A stretch of 64,000 nucleotides of DNA from an uncultured Bacilli bacterium (GTDB lineage: Bacteria > Bacillota_I > Bacilli_A > RF39 > UBA660): contig CAKOIJ010000001.1 of NCBI GenBank assembly GCA_934086775.1, positions 4,141 to 68,140 on the forward strand, given 5' to 3'. Of the stretch, positions 59,931-64,000 are shown piece after piece. A program made the translations under genes and the position numbers. Numbering within the stretch: position 1 is the first letter of the stretch; each line of letters opens with the position of its first letter. The notes under the pieces were generated by a model, which did no database searches, was not told the origin of the DNA, and saw only the letters and a program-made list of their open reading frames with translations.

Positions 59931-60245
59931 ATGTATGGTTATGAATATTTAATAATATTAATTATTTTAATTCTAATATCTATTATAGTAATTAGAATTA
60001 ATAAGAAAGACTTTGCTGTTAAAATAAATAAATTAGTTCAATATCTAGGTGGAAAAGAAAATATCATAAGTGTTGAAAAAAATATGAGCAGGTTAAATGT
60101 CAAAGTCAAAGATACAAGTTTAGTGAATAAAGATGCAATAGAAAAGATGGGTGCTAAAGGAATAGTAGAAATTGAAAATGAACTTAAAATTATTCTAGGC
60201 CCCAATAGTGGTCAAATAAAAAAATATATAAAAGACTTAAAGTAG
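59931..60245 (+). CDS. Membrane-anchored PTS EIIB(Glc)-like domain protein lacking the catalytic Cys (104 aa)
   Basis: YLGGKENIISVEKNMSRLNVKVKD follows the EIIB pattern GGKENI…HCxTRLRxxxKD, with C to M and R to N substitutions. N-terminal TM. SD aggagag. Confidence 0.5.
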   Translation: MYGYEYLIILIILILISIIVIRINKKDFAVKINKLVQYLGGKENIISVEKNMSRLNVKVKDTSLVNKDAIEKMGAKGIVEIENELKIILGPNSGQIKKYIKDLK

Positions 60246-60262
60246 AAAATTCTACTTTTTTT
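60243..60262 (+). terminator. Intrinsic terminator GTAGAAAATTCTAC followed by T7GT8
   Basis: Perfect palindrome plus T-run directly after the stop of the EIIB-like gene. Confidence 0.5.
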
Positions 60263-60269
60263 GTTTTTT

Positions 60270-60296
60270 TTCGACAAAATTCGACAAATTTCGACA
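60270..60296 (+). promoter_or_regulatory. Three tandem direct repeats TTCGACA at 10-bp spacing (reverse complement TGTCGAA, the Spo0A-box consensus), overlapping the -35 region of the histidine kinase promoter
   Basis: Seen directly (TTCGACAAAA TTCGACAAAT TTCGACATAT), followed by TATGAT -10-like and SD GGTGA. Confidence 0.5.
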
Positions 60297-60330
60297 TATA
60301 TGTATGATATCCTTATTATGGTGATTTTTC

Positions 60331-61587
60331 ATGGATGTAATAGAAAACTTAATTATAAGTACAATCCTAACAACATTTCCTATACTTTTATATGAATACT
60401 TTACACTTTATAGGGAAAATATAAAAAAAGAAAAAAGTGATATTTTACTTAATGTATGTCTATTTGTATCATTATTTTTAACAATGAACTATAAAGAAAA
60501 TATTAAAGTAGAATATCACTTAATAACATTAATGTTACCTCTTATGATATCTTATTTAAATAATAAAGATAAAGAAGCCTTAGTAATAAGTATAATAGTT
60601 TCAGAATACTTAATTAATAAACTTGGCTTTAATTTATTATTTACAATAGTACTTTTTGGAGCATTATATATAGCATATAAATTTTATAGTACTACTAATA
60701 AAAAAACTAGTTACTTTATAAATATTTCTATACTACTAATTGTTTTTACATACCTATTATTATTTATACTTAATCCTTCTCTTAATAGTCTAGCTCTTTT
60801 CTTCTTTGCATCTATTAGTTATATTATTATAATAAAAATAGTAGATTATGGAATAAAAGAAGCTAAAAGTGTTATAAATATGCATATGACACTAAAAGAC
60901 TTTGAAAAAGAAAAAAATATTAAATTAAATTTATTTAAAATAACTCATGAGATTAAAAACCCTTTAGCAGTAATTAAAGGTTATCTTGATATGTTTGATT
61001 CTAAAAATGAAGAAAAAAGTAAGAGATATATTAAAATAATAAAAGGAGAAGTAAACAGAACTCTTAATTTACTTCATGACTTTATGGAATTTACAAAAAT
61101 TAAAGTAAATAGAAACGAATTTTTTATAGGTGAATTAATAGATGATGTAAAGGATGCTCTTATACCTATTTTTAATGCATTAGAAGTCAATTATTACTTT
61201 GAAACTGAAGATAATGCTCTTGTTAACTTAGATTATAATAGAATGAAGCAAGTTATTATTAATGTAATAAAAAATGCAGTTGAAGCTTGTCCCCCATATA
61301 AAGGTCAAGTTTCAACTACAGTATTTGTGGATAAAGATTTTTTATATATATTTGTTAGAGATAATGGAAGTGGTATGACTAAAGACACACTCAATAATAT
61401 AATGGAACCTTTTTATACAACTAAAGAAAAAGGTACAGGATTAGGAGTAAGTTTAAGTAAAGAAATTATTGAAGCACATAAAGGGAATCTTCTTTATGAT
61501 AGTAAAATTGGCAAAGGTACTGTTTGTAAAATTGTTTTACCTTTAAAAATAACTAATAGTAATAAGGACCATAATATAGTGGCCTAG
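60331..61587 (+). CDS. Orphan membrane sensor histidine kinase (multi-TM N-terminus, HisKA and HATPase_c)
   Basis: H-box ITHEIKNPLAVIKGY, N/G boxes …NAVEA…, DNGSGMT, GTGLGVSLSKEIIEAHKG. No response regulator adjacent. Confidence 0.85.
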   Translation: MDVIENLIISTILTTFPILLYEYFTLYRENIKKEKSDILLNVCLFVSLFLTMNYKENIKVEYHLITLMLPLMISYLNNKDKEALVISIIVSEYLINKLGFNLLFTIVLFGALYIAYKFYSTTNKKTSYFINISILLIVFTYLLLFILNPSLNSLALFFFASISYIIIIKIVDYGIKEAKSVINMHMTLKDFEKEKNIKLNLFKITHEIKNPLAVIKGYLDMFDSKNEEKSKRYIKIIKGEVNRTLNLLHDFMEFTKIKVNRNEFFIGELIDDVKDALIPIFNALEVNYYFETEDNALVNLDYNRMKQVIINVIKNAVEACPPYKGQVSTTVFVDKDFLYIFVRDNGSGMTKDTLNNIMEPFYTTKEKGTGLGVSLSKEIIEAHKGNLLYDSKIGKGTVCKIVLPLKITNSNKDHNIVA

Positions 61588-61729
61588 GAGGATAATAATT
61601 AGGTTTAGGTCCTACTGCTGCTACTGCAACTCCTCCTGTTAAAGCACCAAGTAAAAATGGTGCTGCAAATGGAACAAACCTATTATCCTTTTTATAAGAA
61701 TATCCTCTTCCATATAATTTATTATACAT
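61553..61729 (-). CDS. Small Tyr/Gly/Pro-rich protein (58 aa, MYNKLYGRGYSYKKDNRFVPFAAPFLLGALTGGVAVAAVGPKPNYYPPRPLYYGPYYY), not in ORF track
   Basis: SD GAGGTG 5 nt upstream of ATG. Central hydrophobic segment with Y-rich ends (spore-coat-like composition). Overlaps the 3' end of the kinase gene convergently. Confidence 0.35.
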   Translation of the reverse strand: MYNKLYGRGYSYKKDNRFVPFAAPFLLGALTGGVAVAAVGPKPNYYPPRPLYYGPYYY

Positions 61730-61733
61730 AAAA

Positions 61734-61761
61734 ACACCTCTTATTATAATATATGAGGTGT
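61734..61761 (-). terminator. Intrinsic terminator AACACCTC-N14-GAGGTGTT after the 283-aa gene. Its 3' arm is the SD of the small ORF
   Basis: 8-bp stem plus U-run on the minus strand. Confidence 0.45.
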
Positions 61762-61762
61762 T

Positions 61763-62614
61763 TTAATTTTGTTCCGTGCTTTTTAACCTAATAAAATTAA
61801 TACTTGGTCTATTATTAAATCTTAAACTAGTTTTTTTATTACCTAACCCATTTGAAATAAATACTTCTTTATTATTTATATTATAATAATCCTTATAATA
61901 TTTGAAACTACCATCAAACTTATAAAATGGACCATAAAAAGGAATGTTTATCTCCCCGCCTAGAGTATTACCTGCTAAAAATATATCAAAATCATATTCA
62001 TTTAATTTATATAAAAGATCACTTTCATGAGTAAAATATATTTTATAATATTCTTCACAATCACTAATTTTATCAAAATTATAAAGTGATTTATTATATG
62101 AATTAAATCCCATTAAACAAATAGGAATAGTATTATCTTTAAATATTAAATCGTAATTATTATCAAGTAAGGTAAAATCACTTTCAAGTAATGAATTTTT
62201 AACTTCTTCACTATCGTTATCCCCAAGTGTAAAATATTTGCCGAGTGAAGCGTCTATATTTTTAAGTTCACTAACTATTTCGTTTTTATTATCTAAATAC
62301 TTTTTATTACTAATTAAATTCCCGCCAAAGATAACTATATCTACATTAAGTTCATTAATATTCTTTATTGCCAATTTTAAAGTATCTAAATCAGTAATAG
62401 AACCTAAAAGTAAATCACTAAAGTAAATAATTTTAGAGCCACTTAAACTTTTAGGAATTTTATCACTTTTAACTAAATATTCTTTAACATTGACCCCCGA
62501 TGTACCAATATACTTTGCATACATAAATAAACTTATTATGACTAAAACTATAATTATTAATATATTAATAATTGTAGTTTTAAAACTTCTTTTAGACTTT
62601 TTTTCTTCTTCCAT
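61763..62614 (-). CDS. Membrane-anchored metallophosphoesterase-family protein (YkuE/YpbG-like) with degenerate metal-binding motifs
   Basis: N-terminal TM. MPP-like blocks IYFSDLLLG, IVIFGGNLI, LGDND, YFTHES, FLAGNTLGGEI, several lacking the canonical His/Asp. Confidence 0.5.
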   Translation of the reverse strand: MEEEKKSKRSFKTTIINILIIIVLVIISLFMYAKYIGTSGVNVKEYLVKSDKIPKSLSGSKIIYFSDLLLGSITDLDTLKLAIKNINELNVDIVIFGGNLISNKKYLDNKNEIVSELKNIDASLGKYFTLGDNDSEEVKNSLLESDFTLLDNNYDLIFKDNTIPICLMGFNSYNKSLYNFDKISDCEEYYKIYFTHESDLLYKLNEYDFDIFLAGNTLGGEINIPFYGPFYKFDGSFKYYKDYYNINNKEVFISNGLGNKKTSLRFNNRPSINFIRLKSTEQN

Positions 62615-62621
62615 TGTTCAC

Positions 62622-63299
62622 CTACTGTGCTAGCATTATTAATGCATAAACAAGAGTGTTATGCATCATATGAGCTACTATACTAGAAAAAATATTATCA
62701 CTTTTATTATATACTAATCCAAAAGTATAACCTAAGGCACCATATGGAATTATATACAATAATTCAAGAAAATTTCCCTCGCCTAATCCGGCTATAGTAT
62801 GGGCAAAACCAAATGCTAAAGCACTTATTATTGGGAAAATTTTATTTTTTCCTGTTATCTTTCTAAGGCCAAACCTAAAAATCATTTCTTCAACAAATGG
62901 GGCAACTACAGATATTGATAAAAATCCTATAATTGGATATATTTTAAGAGATTCTCTTACTAAATTTTCATTAGTACTTCCAGCATTTTTTAGAATAAAA
63001 ATATTTATTATTAAATTACTTAATATCATTATTCCAAAACCCATACCCCAATATTTTAAACTGTCAGAAAAATTACTGAACTTTTTAAAATAATCTTTTA
63101 AGCTCTTAAGTAAAATATCTTTATACATTAAAAAATAAATGATAATTACAAAGAAATTGCCTATATAAATAGAGGTAGTTTCAGGTAATTTAAATATTTT
63201 ATAAAACATCATTCCTATTACTTGTGGAACTATGATATAAATAAATATAAGTATTAGAAAATCTGAAATATTTTTAATTTTATTTTTAAATCTTTCCAT
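62622..63299 (-). CDS. CPBP-family (CAAX protease/Abi) intramembrane metalloprotease
   Basis: EExxxR (FVEEMIFRFGL), FxxxH (FGFAH) and HMMHN motifs in a 6-TM protein. Confidence 0.8.
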   Translation of the reverse strand: MERFKNKIKNISDFLILIFIYIIVPQVIGMMFYKIFKLPETTSIYIGNFFVIIIYFLMYKDILLKSLKDYFKKFSNFSDSLKYWGMGFGIMILSNLIINIFILKNAGSTNENLVRESLKIYPIIGFLSISVVAPFVEEMIFRFGLRKITGKNKIFPIISALAFGFAHTIAGLGEGNFLELLYIIPYGALGYTFGLVYNKSDNIFSSIVAHMMHNTLVYALIMLAQ

Positions 63300-63364
63300 T
63301 TATGCTCACCTAATTCTATTTTACTATAAATAATAAAAAAAGAAAACTCCTATTATAAGAAGTT

Positions 63365-64000
63365 TTACATTTTTTCTACTTTAATTATTACTTTTTTGCC
63401 TTTAGTAACTACAATGTTATCTATTTTTACTATAAAGTTAGGATCATCCACTTTTTCATTATTAACTTTTATACCACCTTGCTCAACTAATCTTCTAGCT
63501 TCGCTTTTAGATGGGGCTAATTTAGTAGTAACTAATAAATCAAGAATATTCATTTCATCAAAATCTACCTTTTCGGTAGGCATATCATTATGAATTTTAC
63601 CACTAAAAATTTCTTCACTTGTAACTTTAGCTTTTTCAGCATCTTCTATTCCATGTAAATCCTTTACTACTTCAAATGCAAGAACTTTTTGGGCAATTCT
63701 CTTTTCAGGTGTTTTAACTTGTTCTTCCATGATATTTTCTATTTCTTCTTTAGTTAGGAAAGTAAATACTTTTAAATACTCTTCTACTTTAGAATCATCA
63801 CTATTTAAAAGGTATTGGTAAATTTGATATGGACTTGTTTTTTCCTTATCTAGCCATAATGCATTACCTTCACTCTTACCAAACTTATTACCTTGTTTAT
63901 CTAATATAAGTGGCATTGTAAAACCATAAGCCTCTTTATTTTCTATCTTTCTTATTAGTTCAATACCAGTAGTTATATTACCCCATTGGTCACTTCCTGC
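63365..64000 (-). CDS. tyrS: Tyrosyl-tRNA synthetase, C-terminal part (N-terminus beyond window end)
   Basis: GSDQWGNITTGIELIRK…, KMSKS-type KFGKSEGNALWLD, C-terminal S4 domain. ORF continues to position 64000. Confidence 0.9.
   Translation of the reverse strand, partial: AGSDQWGNITTGIELIRKIENKEAYGFTMPLILDKQGNKFGKSEGNALWLDKEKTSPYQIYQYLLNSDDSKVEEYLKVFTFLTKEEIENIMEEQVKTPEKRIAQKVLAFEVVKDLHGIEDAEKAKVTSEEIFSGKIHNDMPTEKVDFDEMNILDLLVTTKLAPSKSEARRLVEQGGIKVNNEKVDDPNFIVKIDNIVVTKGKKVIIKVEKM

Noticed and set aside
1-64000. CRISPR arrays, IS elements or transposases, integrases or prophage genes, rRNA or tRNA genes
   Set aside because: No repeat-spacer periodicity, terminal inverted repeats with a transposase ORF, phage structural genes or tRNA cloverleaf candidates were found. 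The only structured RNA gene recognised is the tmRNA.

Overview
This is a 64 kb chromosomal window from a very AT-rich (about 25% GC) endospore-forming Firmicute, Clostridia-like on the basis of its sporulation gene set. Most of it is conserved housekeeping sequence, almost all on the minus strand. Core translation and replication genes present: tyrS (5' partial), infB operon (rimP-nusA-ylxR-infB-rbfA), uvrC, holA, lon, polA, thyA-folA, a def paralogue, rimM-trmD, rpmF with yceD, dxs, rnhB, prsA-like, nusB-xseA-xseB, tex, uppS. Sporulation genes present: spoIVB, a SpoIIM-like membrane protein, ylbJ/ylbL/tmcAL (ylbM) homologues, a CotS-like plus LysM pair, a CotY/CotZ-like cysteine-rich protein, a YjcZ-like 57-aa protein, and an FtsW/SpoVE-family protein. 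Other housekeeping: nifS-nifU with an ArsR regulator, a CDF transporter, an ABC-F ATPase. The ORF track misses a tmRNA gene (ssrA, minus strand, about 50721..51073). No rRNA, tRNA, CRISPR, IS element or prophage was seen. The most unusual element is a duplicated module: two roughly 500-aa paralogous secreted proteins with a TasA/camelysin-like N-terminal domain and a SipW-cognate-type signal motif (AYFS/AWFS). Each copy carries about 250 bp of conserved upstream DNA. That DNA contains a sigma-A-like promoter inside a 14-bp-arm palindrome and a short leader peptide ORF with its own Shine-Dalgarno (SD). It also contains a 9-10 bp poly-G (poly-C on the plus strand) tract inside the leader ORF, and an intrinsic terminator hairpin just before the structural gene RBS. 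The tract is 10 in one copy and 9 in the other. That places the leader peptide stop either about 40 nt upstream of the terminator or inside its 5' arm, so this looks like a phase-variable, translation-coupled attenuator. Other points of interest: an orphan operon of three prepilin-like genes with a consensus promoter; an orphan 1217-aa protein with a C-terminal calcineurin-like phosphoesterase domain; an orphan membrane histidine kinase preceded by three tandem Spo0A-box-like repeats and a catalytically degenerate PTS EIIB-like protein; several unannotated small ORFs; a frameshifted gene and a partial P-loop gene at the window start.
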